64,000 bases of DNA from the NCBI GenBank assembly GCA_963714345.1, contig CAVQOD010000002.1, forward strand, positions 215,822-279,821, in the 5' to 3' direction. Positions 20,061 to 28,335 of the stretch are shown here, piece after piece. Positions within the stretch are counted from its first letter, which is position 1. Each line of letters starts with the position of its first letter. Both the position numbers and the translations under genes were made by a program. The notes beneath the pieces are model-generated. The model ran no database searches. It worked only from the letters and a program-made list of their open reading frames with translations, and was not told the origin of the DNA. The DNA comes from an uncultured Alphaproteobacteria bacterium (GTDB lineage: Bacteria > Pseudomonadota > Alphaproteobacteria > Rhizobiales > Xanthobacteraceae).

Positions 20061-20085
20061 AACGGGGATGGCATTTAAAAGTTCC
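20061..20085 (-). promoter_or_regulatory. EcfG-type promoter, GGAAC-N16-CGTT
   Basis: Minus strand reads GGAACttttaaatgccatcccCGTT, ~50 nt upstream of the 20011 ATG. Confidence 0.5.
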
Positions 20086-20209
20086 ATGAACGCCGTAAAA
20101 TCGAATGTGAGATGCATTCCAACCTATGGGGCATTTTGCGGATGATGGAGCCGCAATAGAATTAGATGAGGAAGCCGCCCGCAGAAGGCGGCCTCGCGAG
20201 GCAAAATCG

Positions 20210-20461
20210 ATGAAGTGGCTACGCCTGATCGCTGCATGGGTTGCCGGCATCGTCGCTACCGCCGTGCTGTTCGAATTTCGCTACGCCGATTTCGGTCGAT
20301 TTGACCATGCCTTCTTCGATAGCACCCCAATTCGATCAGGCATTCTTTCTTGCATGCTCCCATGGCTTGGGCGCGCTGACCTGTTGCTATCAAGTTTTTG
20401 CAATACCTGGGGCATCCGTCGCAGGTTGTTTTTGGCCCCCAATCTGCAGACGCGATACTGA
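20210..20461 (+). CDS. Hypothetical protein with N-terminal TM segment
   Basis: MKWLRLIAAWVAGIVATAVLFEF...; gagg 9 nt upstream; lower-GC DNA. No recognisable family. Confidence 0.3.
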   Translation: MKWLRLIAAWVAGIVATAVLFEFRYADFGRFDHAFFDSTPIRSGILSCMLPWLGRADLLLSSFCNTWGIRRRLFLAPNLQTRY

Positions 20462-20564
20462 CAGCCGCCAAAACAAAAACAGCCAGACACGGTGATGAGT
20501 GAGACAGCTAACCTCGTTTTCATGGACGCCCCCCAGCGTGATCCTGCAAACTATACCGCGGGGC

Positions 20565-20610
20565 GGCCAAGGCCCCAAGGCCCCAAGGCCCCAAGGCCCC
20601 AAGGCCCCAA
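20565..20610. repeat. Tandem 8-bp repeat (GGCCCCAA)x5 preceded by a 6-nt partial unit
   Basis: ggccaa ggccccaa ggccccaa ggccccaa ggccccaa ggccccaa. Five perfect units at 20571-20610. Confidence 0.95.
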
Positions 20611-20718
20611 GACCACAGCGCTGCCTGCCCCAGATTTCAAAAAGGACCGTTGGAACAATTTTGTTGGAATTGGGTTGTAACATCTGCTTTCCGCAATCGT
20701 GGTCTGAAGGAAGAGAGA

Positions 20719-20934
20719 ATGTTGAAGGTCGTTATTGCCGGTCTATTCACGCTTATTCTGGTCGGCAGTGCCGTCGCCCAAGTGAGCTGTCCTAACGGGC
20801 CCGTGGTTTATTGCCCTCCAGGTCAATGTGGAATACCGGGCAAAACTTGGGCTTGCTATAAGAAGAATTGCAGCGCGAAAAATTGCCCCCACGGCTCAAG
20901 CATTCAATTCACGCCGCTCGGCACAGCGACTTAA
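20719..20934 (+). CDS. Small secreted cysteine-rich protein (71 aa, 8 Cys in mature part)
   Basis: MLKVVIAGLFTLILVGSAVA|QVSCPNGPVVYCPPGQCGIPGKTWACYKKNCSAKNCPHGSSIQFTPLGTAT. RBS gaaggaagagaga directly upstream. Confidence 0.6.
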   Translation: MLKVVIAGLFTLILVGSAVAQVSCPNGPVVYCPPGQCGIPGKTWACYKKNCSAKNCPHGSSIQFTPLGTAT

Positions 20935-21222
20935 TCGAACAAGTCCCCTGGATTACCCGGAACTGACGGCGACGCTGCGTCGGTGTTGGTGTCGACGGAG
21001 TCGTGCTGTGCAGTGCCTGGGTCAGGGATATGATCGTTTTTCGCCGGGAGACAGGTCCGCCAACTGAGGCATCCATGAAGCCGGAAACCCATCAGAAGTC
21101 TCAAGCAATCGGCGATCATTCTCGGCCTAGTGTTTGCCGGGCTTATCATCATGTGGGTTTTGGTGGCGGGCTTGGGGTTGTTGTGAATTAAGCTCAAAGC
21201 GGAAGCGAGCGCCAACTGAGGC

Positions 21223-21441
21223 CTAGCTGTCTAACGATTTAAGGGCGCAGTCCCGCAATCGAATACGATCACGCTCACCGGTCTGCGCGCAGGCAATGAT
21301 TGCCTTGGCGACTAACTCCGTGATCGGGTCGGTTCGATCCACCAATCCCAGCTCACTCAAGGTGTCCTCAAACGCCAGAGTTATCGCTCTGATGTCCTCA
21401 GGCATGAACGGCTGGTTTTGCAGCAACCTGGCGATTGGCAT
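21223..21441 (-). CDS. Small hypothetical protein (72 aa)
   Basis: MPIARLLQNQPFMPEDIRAITLAFEDTLSELGLVDRTDPITELVAKAIIACAQTGERDRIRLRDCALKSLDS. Conserved upstream element copy A. Confidence 0.5.
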   Translation of the reverse strand: MPIARLLQNQPFMPEDIRAITLAFEDTLSELGLVDRTDPITELVAKAIIACAQTGERDRIRLRDCALKSLDS

Positions 21442-21502
21442 CGGGTGGTACCCCCAGACACCACCGGCAGCACGACCCTACGCCGATTGGAACCAGCCGG
21501 CG

Positions 21503-21574
21503 AATCAAAGGGGCCACCCCGAAATTCAAAAGGGACCAGTGGGGATGGAAAAGCGCTAGTACCCCCACCCCCGG
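21503..21574 (-). repeat. Conserved upstream element, copy A
   Basis: Minus strand: GGGTAC-tagcgcttttccatcccc-ACTGGTCCCTTTTGAatttcgGGGTGGCCCCTTTGATT. It ends 84 nt before the 21441 ATG. Confidence 0.7.
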
Positions 21575-21788
21575 TGCGGGTTACGCTGTAGGTCTTATTG
21601 ATGACACCGTGCGTGGCCCGTTGCCAAAAAGCATCGCGGATCGCCGGGCTGCAGTAGTGCAGGCCATCGGTGCTGATTTCCGGCACGCCAATCACGCGCT
21701 GGCGCAAGTCCTAATAAAATGATCCGTCGATGGCCCGCTATCGAGAGGTTGTGGACAACCCCCAGGCGAATATCGAGGTCGGAGTTCC

Positions 21789-22028
21789 CTAGGACGTTCG
21801 CCAGCCGGAACAACACGAGGCCGCCAAGTGAGGCGGCCTATGGACGGTGTTCCGGGGGCGATTTGTCGGCGCGCTAGCTGCGACTAAAATGCCCTCAAGC
21901 CGGAGCGCGGCCAGAAGCCAATCATGCGCCAATTGGAGGAAGGCTTCACGGTCATCTTCGGTCTCCGCCTCAGCGGCCCAGCGAAGGCATTCGCTCGCGA
22001 ATTGCCGGTATTCGCTTGCCGTCGTCAT
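21789..22028 (-). CDS. Small hypothetical protein (YRxFAxECLxWA family). The 3' end is uncertain because a hairpin lies inside the last ~15 codons.
   Basis: MTTASEYRQFASECLRWAAEAETEDDREAFLQLAHDWLLAALRLEG... Hairpin aggccgcc-aagtg-aggcggcct at ~21815-21842. Confidence 0.5.
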   Translation of the reverse strand: MTTASEYRQFASECLRWAAEAETEDDREAFLQLAHDWLLAALRLEGILVAASAPTNRPRNTVHRPPHLAASCCSGWRTS

Positions 22029-22128
22029 TGTGGCGCTCCCGCGCGCAAATGCCCCCTGTCAACGTTAAGTCTAAGCACCGGAAACCGAGGCCGTCGGTAC
22101 AAATCGACGCTCGGCGCGGTTTTCCCCG

Positions 22129-22176
22129 CAATCCAAGAGGGAGCAGTCCCCATGGAGAGGGGCCAGTACCCGCAAG
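22129..22176 (-). repeat. Conserved upstream element, copy B (core only)
   Basis: Minus strand: GGGTAC-tggcccctctccatgggg-ACTGCTCCCTCTTGG. It ends 104 nt before the 22028 ATG. Confidence 0.6.
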
Positions 22177-22250
22177 GCGAGGCGACGCGCCGACGCTGTT
22201 GGCCAATTCAACGCAGATTCCGGCGACCCAGCTGCGAACGAGGTTGGTTG

Positions 22251-22282
22251 AATGAAAAGAGGCCGCCAACTGCGGCGGCCTC
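22251..22282 (-). terminator. Rho-independent terminator of the 22281..22490 ORF
   Basis: Minus strand: gaggccgcc-gcagtt-ggcggcctc followed by ttttcatt. The hairpin starts at the stop codon. Confidence 0.7.
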
Positions 22283-22490
22283 ATTCAGGGCCCTCGACCG
22301 TTGCAGCCGCTAGTTCGTCTGCAAGAGCCTGGACGGCTTTTTCCGTCTCGCTCTTGAGCTGCCCAAGCGTGCAGTCGAGGGGCACCAGAAAGCCCAACTG
22401 CTTTTCCGGGTCGCCTTTCCAGACCACCGTTACGAAGGAACGCTTCCTGAGAACGTCACGATGTAGGCCGGTAATCTTGAGGATGGTCAT
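22281..22490 (-). CDS. Small hypothetical protein (69 aa)
   Basis: MTILKITGLHRDVLRKRSFVTVVWKGDPEKQLGFLVPLDCTLGQLKSETEKAVQALADELAAATVEGPE. SD ggagg 5 nt before the ATG; terminator downstream. Confidence 0.6.
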   Translation of the reverse strand: MTILKITGLHRDVLRKRSFVTVVWKGDPEKQLGFLVPLDCTLGQLKSETEKAVQALADELAAATVEGPE

Positions 22491-22518
22491 TGCTGCCTCC
22501 GGGTGGGGTAAATCCCTC

Positions 22519-22592
22519 AATTCAAAAGGCGCCACCTTGGTTCTCAAAAGGGACCGACCGCCGTGGAGACGGGCCGGTACCCACTCTCCCGG
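22519..22592 (-). repeat. Conserved upstream element, copy C
   Basis: Minus strand: GGGTAC-cggcccgtctccacggcg-GTCGGTCCCTTTTGAgaaccaaGGTGGCGCCTTTTGAATT. The core ends 53 nt before the 22490 ATG. Confidence 0.7.
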
Positions 22593-22660
22593 AATTATCC
22601 CTTGACGCCAAGTAAGCCATAGGGTAGGCTATCCCTCAATCGCAGGTAGGGGATAGTCCG

Positions 22661-23552
22661 ATGGCCAAATACACCTTCAAGCAGTTCCAAGCCGAGTACC
22701 CGAACGACGCGGCCTGCCTCGCCAAGCTGATGGAAGTGAACTACGGCGGGACGGAAATCACCTGCCCCGGCTGCGGCGTCGAACGCGAAGTTCCATCCCA
22801 TGACCAAGCGGCGGGCCTTCGCCTGCCAAGAGTGCGGCCATCACATTTATCCGGCCGCTGGCACGATATTTCACAAGCGCCGCACCAATCTCACCAAGTG
22901 GTTTTTCGCGATGTACCTGATGACCAGCACGCGCCACGGCGTGGCCGCTAAAGAGGTCGAGCGACAGCTAGGCGTCACCTACAAGTGCGCTTGGCGCATG
23001 TGCCACGAACTGCGCAAGCTTATGGCGGCGGCGGATCATGATTTCGGCGGCGGTCCCGGCACGGCAAGGCACATCGAAATCGACGAAACGATGATGGGCG
23101 GCTATCAAAGCATCGCAAGCGCCCAATAAGCCGGATCAACAAGACCCTCGTGTTCGGCATGGTCGAGCGCGACGGCAAGATCGTCGCCGCCCCAATCCCG
23201 AACCTCTCCAAATACTCGTCGAATCCATCGTGCGCGGTAACGTGGCCGAAGGCACGCACGATCAGGACGGACGAGCATGGACTCCTACCAGGATCTAAAG
23301 CACGGCTACGATCATGGCCGGGTCAATCACGGCAAAAGGAATAGGTTGCGGCCTCCACCACACGAACAGATTGAAGGCCACTGGGCGCAGTTCAAGCGCG
23401 CGGTGAAGGGTACTCACGTCCACATTACGGCAAGCACATGTGGAAATACGTTGGCGAATTCAGCTATCGGCGCAATTACCGCAACTCGCACGAGGCGATG
23501 TTTAATCGTCTTGTGGCCGCTTTCGCGCTGCCGCGTCTACAAGACGTGTGAA
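22661..23552 (+). mobile_element. IS1595-family transposase gene, decayed (about six frame changes); no terminal inverted repeats recognised
   Basis: Segments in shifting frames: MAKYTFKQFQAEYPNDAACLAKLMEVNYGGTEITCPGCGVE / RAFACQECGHHIYPAAGTIFHKRRTNLTKWFFAMYLMTSTRHGVAAKEVERQLGVTYKCAWRMCHELR...IEIDETMMGG / KTLVFGMVERDGKIVAAPIP / DSYQDLKHGYDHGRVNHG / IEGHWAQFKRAVKGTHVHI / KHMWKYVGEFSYRRNYRNSHEAMFNRLVAAF. Confidence 0.75.
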
Positions 23553-23702
23553 ATCCGCTAGGTGATTGGGGTTGGCGTCGGCGGCCGGCGAAGCGGCGTC
23601 GTCGAGATCGGAAGTGCCGCAGCCTTCGCTCTTTTTCAGCTTCTCGACGCTGTCGCGCTTTATCGGATCAAGTCGGCGGTGCGCTTTTCTCTGTTTCGGC
23701 AT
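23502..23702 (-). CDS. Small hypothetical protein (66 aa), overlapping the 3' end of the IS remnant on the opposite strand
   Basis: MPKQRKAHRRLDPIKRDSVEKLKKSEGCGTSDLDDAASPAADANPNHLADFTRLVDAAARKRPQDD. No family recognised. Confidence 0.3.
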   Translation of the reverse strand: MPKQRKAHRRLDPIKRDSVEKLKKSEGCGTSDLDDAASPAADANPNHLADFTRLVDAAARKRPQDD

Positions 23703-23757
23703 ATCGAGAAATTCCCTCAAATCCCATGCGGGACAGCTAGTTGTATCCCTCTCATCG

Positions 23758-24683
23758 TCAACGGTATCGGCTGATTTCCGAGTAATAGCCTCGCCGCTTG
23801 TTGTTTATTTGCGCATCTTTAATGTTCCCACGGTGCGGAAACTGTCCTCCAGTGGAGCCCAATAGCGTTCGCAAGAATGAGATTCGGGTTTGACCTTCAA
23901 GACCCGAACAGATGAACGGCCTCAAGAGCGAGAATGTCGTCGTCAAGTCAGACCCAAATGTTCGATAAACGAACACCGGAGAACCCGAATAGCCTGTCCG
24001 TGAGTGCAATCGAGAATATGTAGCTTTCCCGGCGTGGTTACGATAAGAGCGAGGAATCGCTGCGGCATCACGCAATATGCCCGAACCGAGACGCTCGGAA
24101 CATTTCTCGCTGTTACCGTCATGATTCGAGGCCAATCGGCACGATCGTAAAAACGTCCTTCGCCTGACGCGATTTGAGCGTCGGTGATGTCTCGAGCGGT
24201 CAATGAAGAGCAAGGTGCAGAGCCACTCCATCGTGACATCTGTTCGTCGGATTCTCATCAGAGATGGGAAGCACAGCGATGTCCGGCCCTCTGGGATAAA
24301 TTCCACTCGGATGGCAAATTCGAGAATGTCGACGCAACCTCGCAATCATTTTGCGAATATTGGCGCTGCCGCACGGCGATGTCCCAGCCCTTAGTAAGAA
24401 TAAAGCCCGGAGACAACATGTTCGCAGTTGGGTAACCTACAAAAAATACTTGTGCCGCCGAAATTGAAGCCGTCTTGGTGCCCAGCGCAAAGGAAGCCGG
24501 TAGCGGCGGCCGAGAATGCTTTATCGTTCGCGTGCCATGATAGCACGCTCTCGCAACGTCGGGCGGCATCGCCTCAACGCATCGTTGGCGGACAAACACC
24601 CGAACAAAGTCGAAGTCCGACCAATGGAGGGTTCGGATGATCGAGCTTTCAAAGTAGAACCGGAATGCGTGCCTAGAACGCAC
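23758..24683 (-). pseudogene. Decayed gene, possibly a trypsin-like serine protease (multiple frame changes)
   Basis: Lower-GC DNA. Fragments in three frames include ...GKLHILDCTHGQA / GYSGSPVFVYRTFGSDL / DDILALEAVHLFGS, reminiscent of the G-x-S-G-S-P-V serine motif. No intact ORF exceeds 195 aa. Confidence 0.3.
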
Positions 24684-24729
24684 AACCGCTACTTGGCGTC
24701 AAGGGATAATTCCGCCACTCTCCAAAAAA

Positions 24730-24744
24730 GAACATATTGCGAAC
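24730..24744 (+). promoter_or_regulatory. LexA (SOS) box of alphaproteobacterial type, GAAC-N7-GAAC
   Basis: gaacatattgcgaac, 110 nt upstream of the recA ATG. A degenerate second unit (gaacagatcgtgtac) follows. Confidence 0.75.
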
Positions 24745-24853
24745 GAAGAACAGATCGTGTACAGTGCCTGCTATCGCCATTGGCCAGCGGGCCGATGGGG
24801 GAGGGCGCGGCGCTTCCGCGTCCATCGAATCCCGGCCATAAGGAGCACGACCA

Positions 24854-25942
<1,089 letters not shown>

Positions 25943-25996
25943 CTGAAGTCACGGACTCAGCGGCCAAGGCGACGCGGCGTGAACTCCTGCTCCCAC

Positions 25997-26019
25997 CTCC
26001 CTCCCGCAAGGGGAGGGGC
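25997..26019. repeat. Family-C GC-rich hairpin (cctccctcccgcaaggggagggg) between convergent genes
   Basis: Stem ccctccc/gggaggg with gcaag loop; related to the element inside apbC. Confidence 0.55.
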
Positions 26020-26049
26020 AAGAAGCTTCAAATTTACAGCTTCAAACTT

Positions 26050-26421
26050 CTACGAGGCGCGGCGTTCGGCGGTCCACTCGCCTGAGCAGGCGCCGCCGGT
26101 CCACTGTCCGCCGCCTTCATTGCCGGCGAGGCGGCCGAAGCCGGTGGCGCTCTTGCCGCCGGCGCTCACGGTGACGGTGATGGCGCCGGTGTCGGCGACC
26201 TTGCCGGTGATGGTGAAGGCGTTGTCGCCGGCGTTGACGAGCTGACCGTTGGCAATGCGGATCGGATAGCGATAGCCGGGATCGCAGTCGCCTTTCTGGG
26301 TCATGACCAGCACGCTCCACGTGCCGTCATAACGCGGCATGGCAAAGCTGGCTGTCGACGCCACGGTGGCGGTCGCGGCAACAAACGCGAACACTGCCTT
26401 CCTGATGGGGAGTTTGGTCAT
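26050..26421 (-). CDS. Secreted conserved hypothetical protein (123 aa)
   Basis: Signal peptide MTKLPIRKAVFAFVAATATVASTASFA, then MPRYDGTWSVLVMTQKGDCDPGYRYPIRIANGQLV... Confidence 0.6.
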   Translation of the reverse strand: MTKLPIRKAVFAFVAATATVASTASFAMPRYDGTWSVLVMTQKGDCDPGYRYPIRIANGQLVNAGDNAFTITGKVADTGAITVTVSAGGKSATGFGRLAGNEGGGQWTGGACSGEWTAERRAS

Positions 26422-26920
26422 GGCTGAAGTCCCTGCTATGCGGCGGGATGAAATTCCCGCGCCTATGGTTAATTCGGAGGCGTGGCGGACGCGGTGTCCG
26501 CTCTCATCCGGTTAGTCGCATCGAACTGGAAAAGTGTTCTAACGAGGAAAAGTTCAAATCGAGTTGATAGCCGTCACTAAATTACCGAAATGCCGCCATG
26601 ATTGCCGTCAATGCGGTGAAAATACGTAATTAAATAAATGACTTAGTGGATCGGGAATTTCCTGCTGCGATCGCGCTGTCGCGCCCAATTTTGCCGGCAA
26701 ACGGCCATGTGCAGCCGCGCTGTCGAACCGCGGTCAAGTTCGCAATCGAGGATTCGGCAATGGGCGGCGGCGGTGCAGCGGCTCGGCTCGCAACATTGTG
26801 GTCGCCGCAATGGCGGAAGCCGCAACGGCACAATGTCTCGCCGCAATTGTGTGCTTAAAGGCCTTCGATCCGCGGCGGGAAGGCTTCCACCATCTTCAGC
26901 TTCCCCCTGCGGGTTTTTAA

Positions 26921-26956
26921 GCCCCCGGCGATTTCCCCGCCGGGGGCTTTGTTATT
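26921..26956 (+). terminator. Rho-independent terminator oriented for a plus-strand transcript
   Basis: 10-bp stem gcccccggcg / cgccgggggc, 7-nt loop, then tttgttatt. No plus-strand protein gene ends here. Confidence 0.6.
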
Positions 26957-26976
26957 CGAGGGAACGCCGCGTTGCG

Positions 26977-27822
26977 TTATTTGCTGCGCACCACGTCGCC
27001 ATATTTCGGCGGCTCCTTGAGGAAGCCGCGGTCGAGCATCCAGTCGACCTTCTCCTGAAATTCGCTCGCCTGGTAGGTCTGCACGCCGACGAGCTCGGGC
27101 ATCAGCCCTTGGGCGCGCGCCTCGGGGGCAAGGTCGCGCAACACCTCGTCGCGCGAACGGCGCTCGTTCTCGCGCAGCCAGGCGATGGCGCGGTTGAGCG
27201 CGCGGCGCAGTTTGGCGGCGGTCTCGTCGTCGACATTGGCGCCGGCGACGATGCCGCCGCGCCAGCGCAGATCGGCGATCTTGCGCGCGCCGGCCGCCAG
27301 CGCCCGGCTGACCAGCGGCTCCATCAGCGCCGCGGCTTCGGTCTTGCCGCTAAGGAGCGCGTCGAGCCGGTCATTGGCGTGAACCAGCGTGATGTCCTCG
27401 AACGGCACGCCGGCGGCTTCGAGCACTTCGATCGCGGCGTAGAAAGTGCCGGCATGCCAGGTCACCGCGATCGGCACTTTACGCAAGTCGGCCAAGGATT
27501 GGATCTTGGACTCCTTGCGCACCATCAGCGCGCCGGTGCGCACCGTGGTGTCGAGCCCGATGATCTTGCCGCCGCCGAGCGCCTGCACGCGCTCGATCGC
27601 GCCCCATTCGCACACCGGATAGACTTCGAGCGCGCCGTTTTGCAGCTGCAATTCCTTCCAGCGCTTGGAAAAATCGGCGACGCGTCCGGCAGCGCCCTTG
27701 GGATTATCCTCGTGATATTCGACTTCGAGACCCTCGGCGGCAAAGAAACCCTGCTCCACGGCCACGCGCCAGGGCCGGTCGTGGGCGTTGCTGTCGCTCT
27801 GCAGACGGATGGTCTTTGCCAT
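26977..27822 (-). CDS. NMT1/THI5-like (SsuA/TauA-type) substrate-binding-fold protein without signal peptide
   Basis: MAKTIRLQSDSNAHDRPWRVAVEQGFFAAEGLEVEYHEDNPKG...AVTWHAGTFYAAIEVLEAAGV... Start moved to the internal ATG at 27822. Confidence 0.6.
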   Translation of the reverse strand: MAKTIRLQSDSNAHDRPWRVAVEQGFFAAEGLEVEYHEDNPKGAAGRVADFSKRWKELQLQNGALEVYPVCEWGAIERVQALGGGKIIGLDTTVRTGALMVRKESKIQSLADLRKVPIAVTWHAGTFYAAIEVLEAAGVPFEDITLVHANDRLDALLSGKTEAAALMEPLVSRALAAGARKIADLRWRGGIVAGANVDDETAAKLRRALNRAIAWLRENERRSRDEVLRDLAPEARAQGLMPELVGVQTYQASEFQEKVDWMLDRGFLKEPPKYGDVVRSK

Positions 27823-27938
27823 GATGTGCTCCCGATGTCGGCTGGGCGAGGAGGGCGGGCGAAACGCTAGACAAATCGAAAAACTAAACAAGTCGCCGCC
27901 GGCGTTCAACTCGCGCCGCAGGCAGCGCGAGGCGGCTT

Positions 27939-28262
27939 TCAGCCGCGCTCGCCGTCGTCGGGGTCGGCCGCCTGCTCGGCGCCGGCGCGCTCGTCATAAC
28001 CATGCCGGCTCGAATAGAACAGCAACGCCATCAGTCCGCATCCGACCAAGAGCGAGAACACGACGCCGAGCGTCATGGCGACATAGCCGGTCGCCGGCAT
28101 CGGCGGGCCGTCGACCGAAATCCAGGCCCGCGCCGCATACCACGACGCCACGGCCAAAATGCCGAACAGCGCCACCAGCAGCACGATCGTGCCGAAGTTC
28201 ATGCGTGCCGCGGGCGGCGCGGCGGCCGCCTTGGCGCTCGGCGTGTTTGTCGCTTCGTCCAT
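27939..28262 (-). CDS. Small membrane protein (two TM segments)
   Basis: ...MNFGTIVLLVALFGILAVASWYAARAW...YVAMTLGVVFSLLVGCGLMALLFY... Confidence 0.5.
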   Translation of the reverse strand: MDEATNTPSAKAAAAPPAARMNFGTIVLLVALFGILAVASWYAARAWISVDGPPMPATGYVAMTLGVVFSLLVGCGLMALLFYSSRHGYDERAGAEQAADPDDGERG

Positions 28263-28335
28263 AGACTCCTAGATAGGGCACCTAGTCAGGCCGGCCGATT
28301 GTCAGGCCGCGGCATCTGTTCAGGCCGCCATATGT

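Noticed and set aside
20046-20062. tRNA T-arm-like string acgttcgattccc, as a possible tRNA gene or att remnant
   Set aside because: No complementary T-stem, acceptor stem or anticodon arm can be drawn around it. No integrase is nearby and there is no matching direct repeat at the other islet edge.
20565-20610. Possible CRISPR array (also considered for the REP pairs at 8168, 15259, 50972 and 53454)
   Set aside because: The repeats are 8 bp and directly abutting with no spacers. The REP pairs are inverted, not direct, and occur singly. No cas genes are in the window.
21075-21186. Possible ~37-aa membrane mini-ORF MKPETHQKSQAIG/IILGLVFAGLIIMWVLVAGLGLL with a gagg RBS
   Set aside because: The hydrophobic segment is only reached after assuming a frameshift at ~21115. 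It is too short and too dependent on that assumption to call.
21503-22592. Conserved upstream element interpreted as a sigma-54 promoter (TGGTCC...TTGA) or as integron attC sites
   Set aside because: The TGG to TTG spacing is 2 nt too short for TGGCAC-N5-TTGC. No GTTRRRY/RYYYAAC core sites or imperfect inverted-repeat attC architecture were found, and no intI gene is present.
18136-24700. Islet as a prophage or integrative element
   Set aside because: No integrase, excisionase, capsid, tail, terminase or conjugation genes are present, and no flanking direct repeats or tRNA target were found. Only an IS wreck is present.
26525-26560. GAAC...GTTC strings upstream of the 26050..26421 gene as a second LexA box
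   Set aside because: The spacing (9-12 nt) and orientation do not fit GAAC-N7-GAAC.
26707-27870. Long ORFs antisense to or overlapping clear genes (for example 614..1174 +, 1196..1813 +, 9981..11618 +, 26707..27870 +, 29807..31174 +, 35455..36513 -, 43617..44762 +, 45930..47333 +, 52849..54384 +)
   Set aside because: They are Arg/Ala/Gly/Pro-rich translations with no recognisable motifs, lying opposite well-supported genes. These are typical shadow ORFs of high-GC DNA.
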